From contig JAJEEU010000021.1 of NCBI GenBank assembly GCA_022820825.1, positions 267 through 64,266 on the forward strand: a stretch of DNA of 64,000 nucleotides, given 5' to 3'. The stretch is from Vicinamibacteria bacterium (GTDB taxonomy: Bacteria > Acidobacteriota > Vicinamibacteria > Vicinamibacterales > UBA8438). The position numbers and the translations under genes were made by a program. The notes under the pieces were generated by a model. The model did not search any database. It was given only the letters and a program-made list of their open reading frames with translations, and was not told where the DNA came from. Shown here piece after piece: positions 1-9,416 of the stretch (positions are counted from its first letter, which is position 1; each line of letters starts with the position of its first letter).

Positions 1-93
1 CCGGTCTCGGTGCGACGCGGGGTCTTGTCCCGGACTGCTAACAGCCCCGCGGTTTCGCTCTGTACTCGCAGGTCGTACCGGCGTCGATGCGTG

Positions 94-123
94 TTGACAA
101 GAGCGACCGTGATTGCCTACCAT
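94..123 (+). promoter_or_regulatory. putative sigma-70 promoter of the dcw cluster
   Basis: TTGACA at 94-99, an 18-nt spacer, then TACCAT at 118-123, about 40 nt upstream of the mraZ start. Sequence match only. Confidence 0.35.
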
Positions 124-127
124 GCCG

Positions 128-153
128 GTGGCCTTTTGTGGGCTAATCTGGAG
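128..153 (+). promoter_or_regulatory. putative MraZ operator (three direct GTGG-like boxes)
   Basis: GTGG (128-131), GTGGG (138-142) and TGGAG (149-153) at 10-11 bp phasing, between the putative -10 and the mraZ RBS. Resembles the phased TGGG/GTGGG repeats bound by MraZ in model organisms. Confidence 0.4.
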
Positions 154-160
154 TCACAAG

Positions 161-601
161 GTGCTCAGGGGAAACTTCTCAGCCCGAATAGACGAAAAGG
201 GAAGGCTGAAGATTCCGACGGCGTTTCGGAGCCTGATTGAGGAAACGCACGGCAACTCGCTGTTCGTTACCAGCCTGAGCGGTGAGTCCGTGCTCGTCTA
301 TCCGATGCCGGTCTGGATAGCCATCGAGGAGAAGCTCGCCCGCGTTCCGTCCACGAACCCCGCGCGCATGAGGTTCCTCGATCGCGTCAACTTCTTCGGG
401 CAGCCGGCCGAATTCGACCGGCAGGGGCGTGTGTCCGTTCACCCGCGGCTGCGCGAATCCGCCGGGATGGCAGGCGCGGTGGCGGTCATCGGCCAGCAGG
501 ATCACCTGGCGGTCTGGAACAACGAGCGGTTCGTCAAGCGGCTCGAGCACGACCCGTTCACCGAGGCCGACGCGCACGCCCTGTCGGAGCTGGGAATCTG
601 A
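161..601 (+). CDS. mraZ: transcriptional regulator MraZ
   Basis: N-terminus VLRGNFSARIDEKGRLKIP and the second half-domain QGRVSVHPRLRE are typical MraZ. GTG at 161 is preceded by GGAG (150-153); the track ORF starts at 113 but that extension is not MraZ-like. First gene of the dcw cluster. Confidence 0.9.
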   Translation: MLRGNFSARIDEKGRLKIPTAFRSLIEETHGNSLFVTSLSGESVLVYPMPVWIAIEEKLARVPSTNPARMRFLDRVNFFGQPAEFDRQGRVSVHPRLRESAGMAGAVAVIGQQDHLAVWNNERFVKRLEHDPFTEADAHALSELGI

Positions 602-603
602 CG

Positions 604-1506
604 ATGCCCGCGCACCGTCCGCTGTCGCACACGCCGGTCATGGAAGCGGAAGTGGTTGCCATGCTCGATCCGGCGCGCGGCGGGCGGTTCGTCGATTGCA
701 CGGTCGGTACGGGCGGGCACGCGCGGGCCCTGCTGACCGCTGGTGCGGACCGGGTGCTCGGGATCGACCGCGACGCGGAAGCGCTGCCGCTGGCCGGCGC
801 AGCGCTCGCGCCGTGGACGGATCGCGTCGAGCTGGTGCATGCCGACTACCGCCAGGTCGACGTCGTGCTCGACGAGCGGCAGATCACGACCGTTGACGGG
901 ATGCTGGCGGACCTCGGCGTCTCGTCGGTGCAGCTCGAAGCGCCGGCCAGGGGCTTCAGCTTCAATCGCGACGAGCCGCTCGACATGCGAATGGACCGCT
1001 CGGCGGGAGCTACGGCCGCGGAGCTGCTCCGCGAGGCTTCCGAGCGGACGATTGCGGATCGCATATTCGAATACGGAGAAGAACGTCACGCGCGGCGTAT
1101 TGCGCGTGCGATTGTCGAGACCCGCAGCCACGAGCCCGTCGTCTCGACGGGACAGCTTGCTGGGCTCGTACGCCGCGCCGCACCGCGCCGCCGGGGCCAG
1201 CGCATCGATGCCGCCACGCGGACGTTCCAGGCGCTGCGGATCTGGGTCAACGACGAGCTGGAAGGGTTGGGCCGCTTTCTCCACGCCGCCTGCACCCGCT
1301 TGCGCGCCGGCGCGCGGCTGGCCGTCATCACGTTTCATTCCCTTGAAGATCGGATCGTCAAGTGGGGGCTGCGGGAGCTGGAACGCGCGGGGGAGGTCGC
1401 CGTGCGTGTCGTGACCAAGCGCCCGCTGCGCCCCGGAACGGAAGAAATCGGGCGGAATCCGCGGGCGCGCAGCGCCAAGCTCCGCGCCGCCGAGAGGTTG
1501 CCGTGA
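604..1506 (+). CDS. rsmH: 16S rRNA (cytosine1402-N4)-methyltransferase RsmH
   Basis: HTPVM...DCTVGTGGH...DLGVSS.Q motifs. Canonical position after mraZ. Confidence 0.95.
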   Translation: MPAHRPLSHTPVMEAEVVAMLDPARGGRFVDCTVGTGGHARALLTAGADRVLGIDRDAEALPLAGAALAPWTDRVELVHADYRQVDVVLDERQITTVDGMLADLGVSSVQLEAPARGFSFNRDEPLDMRMDRSAGATAAELLREASERTIADRIFEYGEERHARRIARAIVETRSHEPVVSTGQLAGLVRRAAPRRRGQRIDAATRTFQALRIWVNDELEGLGRFLHAACTRLRAGARLAVITFHSLEDRIVKWGLRELERAGEVAVRVVTKRPLRPGTEEIGRNPRARSAKLRAAERLP

Positions 1507-1895
1507 GCGGACTGGATTTCGACTACGCGGGTCGGCGGGACATCCGGAACAATCCGATCGTCCGGGAGGTCGACAAGGTGCGGCAGCGCGAGTTGTGGCG
1601 CTCGGCCGCGGTCGGCGTCTTCCTGGTCTTCGTGCTGCTGTTCTCCGCCTGGCAGCACTTCGAGCTGCTGCAGCTCGGATACCGCATCGAGCAGATGCAG
1701 CAGGAGCGCGCCAGGGCGCTCGTGATCAACCGGCACCTCAAGCTCGAGATCGAGACGTTGAAGGCGCCGGACCGCATTGAACGGATCGCCACCGAGCAAC
1801 TCGATCTCGTGGCGCCGGGCAGCGACGAAGCGATAGTCATCGAGCGTGTCGTGCCGGCAACCCCGCCGGATCGGTCGCTGGTAGCGACGCGCTGA
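1503..1895 (+). CDS. ftsL: cell division protein FtsL-like (single TM plus coiled coil)
   Basis: GTG at 1503 overlaps the rsmH stop (GTGA). Small bitopic protein with a TM segment (AAVGVFLVFVLLFSAW) followed by a coiled coil, at the conserved rsmH-ftsI position. The track ORF start at 1362 lies inside rsmH. Confidence 0.7.
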   Translation: MSGLDFDYAGRRDIRNNPIVREVDKVRQRELWRSAAVGVFLVFVLLFSAWQHFELLQLGYRIEQMQQERARALVINRHLKLEIETLKAPDRIERIATEQLDLVAPGSDEAIVIERVVPATPPDRSLVATR

Positions 1896-1905
1896 GGAAG
1901 GGACG

Positions 1906-4023
1906 GTGCCGAACAAGCAGAACGGCCGCAGCCGCCTGGCGCGCTTCTGGCCCTTCCGCGCGGCGGAGAGCCGGCACGGCCAGGCGCGCCCCGACCGCCG
2001 CGCGCGCGTCGACCACCAACAGGACTGGCGCCGGCTCACGCGGCGCCGGCTGCTGGTGGGCGTCACCGCGTTTGCCCTGTGGGCGGTGGGGATCGAGGCC
2101 AGACTCATCTACATGCAGGTGGTCCAGCACGAGGAGCTGGTGGCGCGCGGCGAGCGCCAGCAGCACCGCAGCATCGACTCGCACGCCAAGCGGGGCGAGA
2201 TTCTCGATCGGCAGGGACGCGTGCTCGCCTACAGCGTGGATGCAGACACGATCTACGCCGTACCTACCGATGTCGACGACCCGCGCGCAACGGTTGCGGC
2301 AGTATGCGGCGCCCTCGGCGACTGCACGGCGGAGTGGCGGCGAAGCCTCGAGATGCGGCTCGACGAGCAGCGCGCGTTCGCCTACGTGCGGCGGCAGGTT
2401 TCGCCGGACGTGGCGCGGCGCATCGCGGCGTTGGACCTCGACGGCATCGGCTTCATCACCGAGAACCGGCGGTACTACCCGAACAAGACGCTCGCGGCCC
2501 ATCTGCTGGGCTACGTCGGCATCGACAACCAGGGGCTCAGCGGCGTGGAAGCGGCCTACGAGAGCGAGATTACCGGACGTGCGGGCAGGATCCTGATCCA
2601 GACGGACGCCCGGCAACGCGCGTTCAGCCGCGTCGAGCGGGCGCCGACCCGCGGCGCGACGCTCGAGCTGACCATCGACAAGTACCTCCAATACCTCGCC
2701 GAACGTGAGCTGCGCAACGCGGTGCGGGAGCACGATGCCGACGGCGGCACGGTCGTGATGCTCGACCCGTACACCGGCGAGGTGCTCGCGCTGGCCAGCG
2801 AGCCCGGGTTCAACCCGAACGCGTTCGCGGCGGCCCCGCAGCCGGCGCTGCGCAACCGCGCCGTGCAGGACGTGTACGAGCCGGGCTCTACCTTCAAGCT
2901 GGTCACCACGGCGGCGGCGCTGGAGGCGGGCATCACCACGCGGTACGAGATGTTCGATGTCAGCCAGGGATCCATCCGGGTCGGAAACTCGACGATTCCC
3001 GACATGCACACCTACGGCGTGTTGTCGCTCGAAGACGTAATCGTCAAGTCGAGCAACGTCGGGGCGATTCAGCTCGGGTTGCGGGTCGGGCCCGCCCGGC
3101 TCATCGAATACGCGCGCCGCTTCGGATTCGGACAGAGGCTGTCGCCGGACCTCCGTGGCGAGAGCGCCGGCATCGTCCACGACCCGGCCCGCCTGAACGA
3201 CCGCGCCGTGGCCTCCGTGTCCATGGGGTACCAGGTGGCCGTCACGCCGCTGCAGATGGCGGCGGCCGTCAGCGCCGTCGCCAATGGCGGCGAGTTGGTC
3301 GAACCCCGCATCGTCCGCGCGGTCGTGCGCGACGGGGTGCGTACCGAGCGGCCACAGCGCGTGATTCAGCGTGCGGTGGATCCCGGGACGGCCGCCGAGT
3401 TGACCGCCATCATGGAGCAGGTGGTCGAGCGCGGCACCGCGCGCAACGCGCAGGTACCCGGCTATTCCATCGCCGGCAAGACCGGCACCGCGGAGAAGTT
3501 GATCGACGGGCAGTATTCGTCCGACCACCACAACGCTTCGTTCGTGGGGTTCGTTCCGTCCCGCGCGCCGGCATTCGCGGTCCTGGTGATGATCGACACG
3601 CCGCGGGGAGCGCGGTTTACGGGAGGCGCCGTGGCTGCACCCGTGTTCCAGCGGATTGCCGCCGCCGCACTGCGCCACTTGGCGGTGCCGCCGACGATCA
3701 ATCCGCAGCCGCCCGTGCTGATCGCGTCGCAAACGCCGCGCCGCATCGTCACCTCGCTTGCGGGACACCGCAGCGCAGCGCCGGACGCTGCCGCCGACGC
3801 CACCGTCGCCGGCGCGTCCTGCTGCAACATGCCCGACGTGCACGGCCTGAGCGCGCGGCAGGCGCTGGCAGTGCTGGGCCGGCTCCAACTGGGGGTGAGC
3901 GTGCGCGGAGTCGGGTTGGTCGTCAGCCAGGATCCGCCGCCGGGTGCTCCGGTTGGCCGCGATACAACTGCCGTCCTGCGTCTCGAACGGCATCCGACAT
4001 CTGCCCGCGAGAGCGACGGATAG
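1906..4023 (+). CDS. ftsI: peptidoglycan D,D-transpeptidase FtsI (class B PBP) with C-terminal PASTA domain
   Basis: PBP dimerisation plus transpeptidase motifs (STFK, SSN, KTGT). C-terminal MPDVHGLSARQALAVL...VVSQDPPPGAPV is PASTA-like. dcw context. Confidence 0.9.
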   Translation: MPNKQNGRSRLARFWPFRAAESRHGQARPDRRARVDHQQDWRRLTRRRLLVGVTAFALWAVGIEARLIYMQVVQHEELVARGERQQHRSIDSHAKRGEILDRQGRVLAYSVDADTIYAVPTDVDDPRATVAAVCGALGDCTAEWRRSLEMRLDEQRAFAYVRRQVSPDVARRIAALDLDGIGFITENRRYYPNKTLAAHLLGYVGIDNQGLSGVEAAYESEITGRAGRILIQTDARQRAFSRVERAPTRGATLELTIDKYLQYLAERELRNAVREHDADGGTVVMLDPYTGEVLALASEPGFNPNAFAAAPQPALRNRAVQDVYEPGSTFKLVTTAAALEAGITTRYEMFDVSQGSIRVGNSTIPDMHTYGVLSLEDVIVKSSNVGAIQLGLRVGPARLIEYARRFGFGQRLSPDLRGESAGIVHDPARLNDRAVASVSMGYQVAVTPLQMAAAVSAVANGGELVEPRIVRAVVRDGVRTERPQRVIQRAVDPGTAAELTAIMEQVVERGTARNAQVPGYSIAGKTGTAEKLIDGQYSSDHHNASFVGFVPSRAPAFAVLVMIDTPRGARFTGGAVAAPVFQRIAAAALRHLAVPPTINPQPPVLIASQTPRRIVTSLAGHRSAAPDAAADATVAGASCCNMPDVHGLSARQALAVLGRLQLGVSVRGVGLVVSQDPPPGAPVGRDTTAVLRLERHPTSARESDG

Positions 4024-4027
4024 CATC

Positions 4028-5527
4028 GTGTTGACGGTTGCCGAGTTGGCGCGACGGTCCGGCCTGGAATTGGACGCCGGACACCGCGCCGCTCGCCGGC
4101 CGCTTCTCGACCGCCCCGTGAACCGCGTGGCCTGCGACTCGCGGAAGATCGCGCCCGGCGATCTGTTCGTTGCCGTCAGCGGGCAGCGGTACGACGGCGC
4201 TGCATTCGCGGACGAAGCGGCGCGCCGCGGCGCGGTGGCGGTGGTCGCCGAGGCGGCCGCTCCGTCCGGATTCGGCTTGCCGTGGATCACGGTGCCCGAT
4301 GCGCGCGCCGCGCTGGCCGCGCTGGCCGCCGTGGCATGGGAGCATCCCAGCCGCGAGCTGGTCGTCGTTGGCACGACCGGCACCAACGGCAAGACGACCA
4401 CCACCCATCTGCTCGAAGGCGTGTTCGAGGATGCCGGCTATCCGTGCGGACGCGTGAGCTCGATTTCCTACCGCGTCGCGGACGACGAAGAGTCGGCCGG
4501 ACGCACAACGCCGGAGGCGCCCGACCTGCAGGCGCTGCTGCGGCGCATGGTCGAGCGGCGTTGCCGCGCCTGCGTAATGGAGGTGTCGTCACATGCCCTG
4601 GCGCTGCGCCGCGTGGACGGCATCAGCTTCAGCGCCGCCGTATTCACGAACCTGACTCACGACCATCTCGATTTCCATGGAGACATGACCGGCTACTTCC
4701 ACGCCAAGCGCCGGCTGTTCGGAATGGTGGACGCGGGTTCGCCCGCCGTGGTCAACGTGGACGATCCGCACGGGCGCCTGCTGGCTGCCGATGTGCAGCG
4801 GCCCGTGACCTATGCCATCGATGCGGTGGCGGACGTGCGCCCGTTGCGCATGGAGCTGTCCGCCGGGGGCATCGAGCTGGACCTGAGCACGCCGCGGGGC
4901 GCGCTCAACCTGCAGTCGAGGCTGGTTGGCCGCAGCAACACGTACAACATCCTGGCCGCGGCCGCGACCGGGACCGCGCTCGATCTGCCGCAACGCGCCA
5001 TCCAGAGGGGCATCGCGGCGGTGGCGCACGTTCCGGGCCGCATGCAGGTGGTGTCCGGCTCCGGCGACGCGGTTACGGCGGTGGTGGACTTTGCCCACAC
5101 CAGTGACGCCCTGCGCGGCCTGCTCGAAACCGCGCGCTCGTTTGCGCGCGGCAACCTCGTGACGCTGTTCGGCTGCGGGGGAGACCGCGACAGGGCGAAG
5201 CGTCCCCTGATGGCCGCCGTAGCCGGCCGGCTGTCCGATTTCGTGATCGTTACATCGGACAACCCGCGGTCGGAGGACCCGGTCCGTATTGCAGCGGACA
5301 TCGTCGAGGGCTTCGAGAAGAGCTCGGCGCCGCATGTGACGGTACTCGACCGGACCGCGGCCATCGAGCAGGCCATCCGGGACGCGGCCGATGGAGACGT
5401 GGTCGTGATAGCCGGCAAGGGGCACGAACGCTACCAGGAGATCGGCGGCCGGCGCGTGCCATTCGACGATGTTGCCGTGGCGCGGCAGGCGCTCGCCGGC
5501 CGCCGCGCCGACGCACGGACGGGATGA
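4028..5527 (+). CDS. murE: UDP-N-acetylmuramoyl-L-alanyl-D-glutamate--2,6-diaminopimelate ligase
   Basis: Mur ligase P-loop GTTGTNGKTTT and the DNPR motif (TSDNPRSEDP) typical of meso-DAP-adding MurE. GTG at 4028 lies just after the ftsI stop; the track ORF start at 3944 overlaps ftsI. Confidence 0.9.
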   Translation: MLTVAELARRSGLELDAGHRAARRPLLDRPVNRVACDSRKIAPGDLFVAVSGQRYDGAAFADEAARRGAVAVVAEAAAPSGFGLPWITVPDARAALAALAAVAWEHPSRELVVVGTTGTNGKTTTTHLLEGVFEDAGYPCGRVSSISYRVADDEESAGRTTPEAPDLQALLRRMVERRCRACVMEVSSHALALRRVDGISFSAAVFTNLTHDHLDFHGDMTGYFHAKRRLFGMVDAGSPAVVNVDDPHGRLLAADVQRPVTYAIDAVADVRPLRMELSAGGIELDLSTPRGALNLQSRLVGRSNTYNILAAAATGTALDLPQRAIQRGIAAVAHVPGRMQVVSGSGDAVTAVVDFAHTSDALRGLLETARSFARGNLVTLFGCGGDRDRAKRPLMAAVAGRLSDFVIVTSDNPRSEDPVRIAADIVEGFEKSSAPHVTVLDRTAAIEQAIRDAADGDVVVIAGKGHERYQEIGGRRVPFDDVAVARQALAGRRADARTG

Positions 5528-5536
5528 GGAACGAAC

Positions 5537-6949
5537 GTGCCGCAAGGCGGACCGCCGACGTTTCGTGCGGGCGAACTGGCCGCAGCCTGCGACGGCCGCC
5601 TGATTGCCGGCCAACCGTCCGCGCCCGTCGCGGGGTTTGCCATCGACAGCCGGCGGGTGCAAGCGGGCGACATCTTCCTGGCGTTGCGGGGAGCCCGCCT
5701 GGACGGACACCGCTTCGTGCCGGAGGCGCTGCGCAACGGCGCGGCCGGCGTCGTGGTCAGCGACGTCTCGGCAGTTGGCGCCGATGGCGCCGCGCCCCGA
5801 CCGCAGTTGGTGATTGCCGTGCGCGACACGACCTGTGCCCTGCAGCGGCTGGGCCGCTTCATCCGGCGCCGCTCGGGCGCGCGGGTCGTGGCCATTACCG
5901 GAAGCGTCGGCAAGACGACGACCAAGGAGAACGTTGCCGCGCTCCTGGCCGGTTCGTACAGGGTGTTTCGCAACGCGGGCAACCTGAACAACCACATCGG
6001 CCTGCCCTTGTCGTTGCTGGAGCTGCGCCACGGGCCGGAGATCGCGGTCGTCGAGCTCGGCATGAACCATGCTGGAGAGATCAGCAAGCTGGTGAGCATC
6101 GCCGAGCCGGACGTGCGGGTCTGGACCAACGTGGCGGAGGTGCACGCGGCGTTCTTCCCATCGATCGAGGCGATTGCGGACGCGAAGGCTGAAGTCATGG
6201 AGGGGGCTACGCCGGGAACGCAACTGGTGGCGAACGCGGGCGATGCGCGCGTGATGGCGCGCGCGGCAGCGTTTCCCGGCACGGTGACCACGTTCGGCGT
6301 CGAGACGGACGCGGACGTTCGCGCGACGCGGGTGCGGTCGCTGGGCCTGCGCGGCATGGCGGCCACCATCGAGACGGCGGACCAGGCCGTCGAGGTGCGG
6401 ACGCCGCTCCTCGGATACGGCCAGGTCGCGAACCTGGCGGCCGCGATTGCGGTAGCGCTGCGGTTCGATGTGCCGCTCGATGTGCTCGCCGCGCGGGTTC
6501 CGCATTGCGCGGCGCAGCCCGGACGGGGGCAGGTGCTGCAGCTCGGTGCGCTGTCGGTTGTCGATGATTCCTACAACTCCAGCCCCGTTGCCCTGCGCGC
6601 GAGTCTCGCGGCGGTCGGCCGCGAGCGCGGCCGCCGGCGCGTTGCCGTGCTGGGCGAGATGCTGGAGCTGGGCGCCCGCTCCGCCGAGTTGCACGAGGCG
6701 TGCGGCAGGGCTGCAGTGGAGGCCGGATTCACCCTGGTGATTGCCGTCGGCGGCACGCCGGCCGAGGCGCTGGCCGCCGGCGCGCGCTCGGCGGGTCTTG
6801 AAGGAGAGGCCGTCACCACGGTCCGGACGAGCGCGGAGGCGGCCGAGCACGTGGCGGCCGTTGCCCGCGAGGAAGACGTGATTCTGGTCAAGGGCTCCCG
6901 CGGCGTCGGCATGGACAGGGTCGTCGATCGGTTGAAGGCGGAAAGCTAG
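5537..6949 (+). CDS. murF: UDP-N-acetylmuramoyl-tripeptide--D-alanyl-D-alanine ligase
   Basis: Mur ligase fold with ITGSVGKTTTKE. Position between murE and mraY. Confidence 0.9.
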   Translation: MPQGGPPTFRAGELAAACDGRLIAGQPSAPVAGFAIDSRRVQAGDIFLALRGARLDGHRFVPEALRNGAAGVVVSDVSAVGADGAAPRPQLVIAVRDTTCALQRLGRFIRRRSGARVVAITGSVGKTTTKENVAALLAGSYRVFRNAGNLNNHIGLPLSLLELRHGPEIAVVELGMNHAGEISKLVSIAEPDVRVWTNVAEVHAAFFPSIEAIADAKAEVMEGATPGTQLVANAGDARVMARAAAFPGTVTTFGVETDADVRATRVRSLGLRGMAATIETADQAVEVRTPLLGYGQVANLAAAIAVALRFDVPLDVLAARVPHCAAQPGRGQVLQLGALSVVDDSYNSSPVALRASLAAVGRERGRRRVAVLGEMLELGARSAELHEACGRAAVEAGFTLVIAVGGTPAEALAAGARSAGLEGEAVTTVRTSAEAAEHVAAVAREEDVILVKGSRGVGMDRVVDRLKAES

Positions 6950-8034
6950 TGCTCTATCACCTGCTGTATCCGTTGCACACGGAGCTGTCCGTGCTGAACG
7001 TGGTGCAGTACATCACGGTCCGCACCGCGGCGGCGAGCCTCACGGCGTTTCTCCTGGCCCTTCTACTGGGGCCGCGGCTGATCCGCCTCCTGCGGGCGTT
7101 TCAGATCGGCCAGGTGATCCGCGGCGACGGCCCGCAGAGCCACCAGGCGAAGGAAGGCACCCCCACCATGGGGGGGCTGCTGATCCTGGGCGCGGCGGTT
7201 ACACCGACGCTCCTTTGGGCCAACCTGCTCAACCCGTACGTCTGGACCGCGGTGCTCGCGACGCTGGCCTTCGGCCTCATCGGCTTCATTGACGACTACC
7301 TCAAGGTGACCCGCGGGTCGCATCACGGGCTGCGACCGCTGCACAAGGCGGCGCTGCAGAGCGTGGTCGGCGCGGCGGTCGGAATCGGCCTGATCGTGCT
7401 GACGCAGCAGGGGCTGTACAGCACACAGCTCGTCTTTCCCTTCTTCGAGGGCCTGTCGCTGGAGCTGGGCTGGCTCTACGTGCCGTTCGCCATGTTCGTG
7501 CTGGTCGCAGCGTCGAACGCGGTGAATCTGACCGACGGCCTCGACGGCCTCGCCATCGGCGTGTTCACGGTGGCGGCCGTCGCGTTCACGGCGCTGGCGT
7601 ACGTGGCCGGCCACGCCGTCATCGCGGAGTATCTGCTCCTGCTCCGGTTTCCGCCGGCAGGGGAGCTCTCGGTCTTCTGCGGCGCGCTGGTCGGCGCCGG
7701 TCTGGGATTCCTCTGGTACAACTCCTATCCCGCCGACATCATCATGGGCGACGTCGGCTCGCTCGCGCTCGGCGGCGCGCTCGGCACCGTCGCGCTGCTG
7801 ATCAAGCAGGAGCTGCTGCTGCCAATCGTCGGCGCGGTGTTCGTGATCGAGACGCTGTCCGTGATCATCCAGGTCGGCTCGTTCAAGTTGACGGGCCAGC
7901 GTGTCTTCAAGATGGCGCCGTTGCACCACCACTTCGAGCTGATCGGGTGGAGCGAGCCGAAGGTGATCAGCCGCTTCATGATCCTGGCGATCATCTTCGC
8001 GATGTTCAGCCTTACGACGCTGAAGCTCAGATGA
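6949..8034 (+). CDS. mraY: phospho-N-acetylmuramoyl-pentapeptide transferase
   Basis: Polytopic membrane protein with NAVNLTDGLDGLA and PLHHHFE motifs. Its start overlaps the murF stop. Confidence 0.95.
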   Translation: MLYHLLYPLHTELSVLNVVQYITVRTAAASLTAFLLALLLGPRLIRLLRAFQIGQVIRGDGPQSHQAKEGTPTMGGLLILGAAVTPTLLWANLLNPYVWTAVLATLAFGLIGFIDDYLKVTRGSHHGLRPLHKAALQSVVGAAVGIGLIVLTQQGLYSTQLVFPFFEGLSLELGWLYVPFAMFVLVAASNAVNLTDGLDGLAIGVFTVAAVAFTALAYVAGHAVIAEYLLLLRFPPAGELSVFCGALVGAGLGFLWYNSYPADIIMGDVGSLALGGALGTVALLIKQELLLPIVGAVFVIETLSVIIQVGSFKLTGQRVFKMAPLHHHFELIGWSEPKVISRFMILAIIFAMFSLTTLKLR

Positions 8035-9416
8035 TGCCGAATCACGACCCCTCCACGTTCTCCGTCGCCGGCGCGCGCGTCGTCGTGGCAGGCGCGGCGC
8101 GCAGCGGCATCGCCGCCGCCGAGCTGCTCGCCCGCCGGGGCGCGCGGGTCACCCTGACGGAGACGCGGGAGTCGATCGAGTCGCTGCCGCGACTGCGCGA
8201 GGCGGGCGTGGCGGTGGAGCTGGGGGGGCACCGGCCGGAAACCCTCGCACGGGCCGAGCTGGTGGTGCTCAGCCCCGGCGTATCGCCGCGGCTGCCGGCA
8301 ATGGACGCTGTCCGCCGCCGCGGCACGCCGGTCATCAGCGAGGTGGAGTTGGCCGCGCGCTGGCTGCGCGGCCCCATCGTCGCGGTGACGGGAACCAAGG
8401 GCAAGTCGACGACCACCCTGCTCACCGGGCGCATGTTCGACGCCGACGGCCGCCACGCGCTCGTGGGCGGCAACATCGGGACGGCGCTGAGCAGCCAGGT
8501 CGAGGATTCGGCCCCCGACGTGGTGCATGTCGTGGAGGTCAGCAGCTTTCAGCTCGAGCTCACGCACACGTTCCATCCCCGCATCGCGGTGCTCCTCAAT
8601 CTGGCGCCGGATCACATCGATCGCCACGGCAGCTTCGAGGAGTACGCCGCCGCCAAGGCGCGCATCTTCGCCAACCAGACGGCCGACGACACGATGGTGA
8701 TAAACGCGGACGACCCGCTGGTACTGGAGCTTGCGCGCCGCGGACGGGCCCGCCCGCTGCGGTTCGCGGTGACGTCGCCGATGACCGACGGCGTGCTGCT
8801 GGCCGGAGGCTCGATCGTGCGCCGCTCGCCGGACGGCGACCGGCCGCTGCTGCCGCTCTCGGCCGTGCAGGTGCCCGGCCGCCACCTGTTGAGCGACGTG
8901 CTCGCGGCGTCGGCCGCAGCCAGCGCCGCGGGTGTCTCGCCGGCTGCCATCGAGCGCGCGGTCCGCGGGTTCGGCGGTTGCGAGCACGCGCTGGAGCCTG
9001 CGGGCGAAGTCGCCGGCGTGCGTTTCGTGAACGATTCGAAGGCGACGAACGTGCTCGCAGCGCGGGCGGCAATCGAGTCTTGCGAGCGGGGCGTCGTCGT
9101 CATCATGGGCGGTCGCTTCAAGGGTGGCAACCTGGCCGAGCTCGTCCCCGCGCTGGCCGCGCGGGCGCGCGCGGTCGTTGCCATCGGCGAGGCCCGCACG
9201 CGCATACGTACGGAGCTCGGCGCGACCGTGGACGTGACGGAAGCCTCCACGCTGCGAGCAGCCGTGCGTGCGGCGTTCGCCCTCGCCAGCGGCGGCGGGA
9301 CCGTACTGCTGGCCCCGGCGTGCGCCAGCCTCGACATGTTCCGCGACTATGCCGAGAGGGGCCGGGTCTTCAAGGAGGAGGTGGTGCGACTGGCGCAGGA
9401 TACGGCTGCATCGTGA
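8031..9416 (+). CDS. murD: UDP-N-acetylmuramoylalanine--D-glutamate ligase
   Basis: N-terminal Rossmann motif (VVVAGAARSGIAAAELL) and GTKGKSTT P-loop. ATG at 8031 overlaps the mraY stop (ATGA); the track start at 7947 lies inside mraY. Confidence 0.9.
   Translation: MMPNHDPSTFSVAGARVVVAGAARSGIAAAELLARRGARVTLTETRESIESLPRLREAGVAVELGGHRPETLARAELVVLSPGVSPRLPAMDAVRRRGTPVISEVELAARWLRGPIVAVTGTKGKSTTTLLTGRMFDADGRHALVGGNIGTALSSQVEDSAPDVVHVVEVSSFQLELTHTFHPRIAVLLNLAPDHIDRHGSFEEYAAAKARIFANQTADDTMVINADDPLVLELARRGRARPLRFAVTSPMTDGVLLAGGSIVRRSPDGDRPLLPLSAVQVPGRHLLSDVLAASAAASAAGVSPAAIERAVRGFGGCEHALEPAGEVAGVRFVNDSKATNVLAARAAIESCERGVVVIMGGRFKGGNLAELVPALAARARAVVAIGEARTRIRTELGATVDVTEASTLRAAVRAAFALASGGGTVLLAPACASLDMFRDYAERGRVFKEEVVRLAQDTAAS

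Noticed and set aside
1837-6850. Long minus-strand ORFs (1837-4404, 855 aa; 4589-6850, 753 aa) opposite ftsI/murE/murF.
   Set aside because: Same antisense-shadow artefact. There are no motifs and they overlap confidently identified genes completely.
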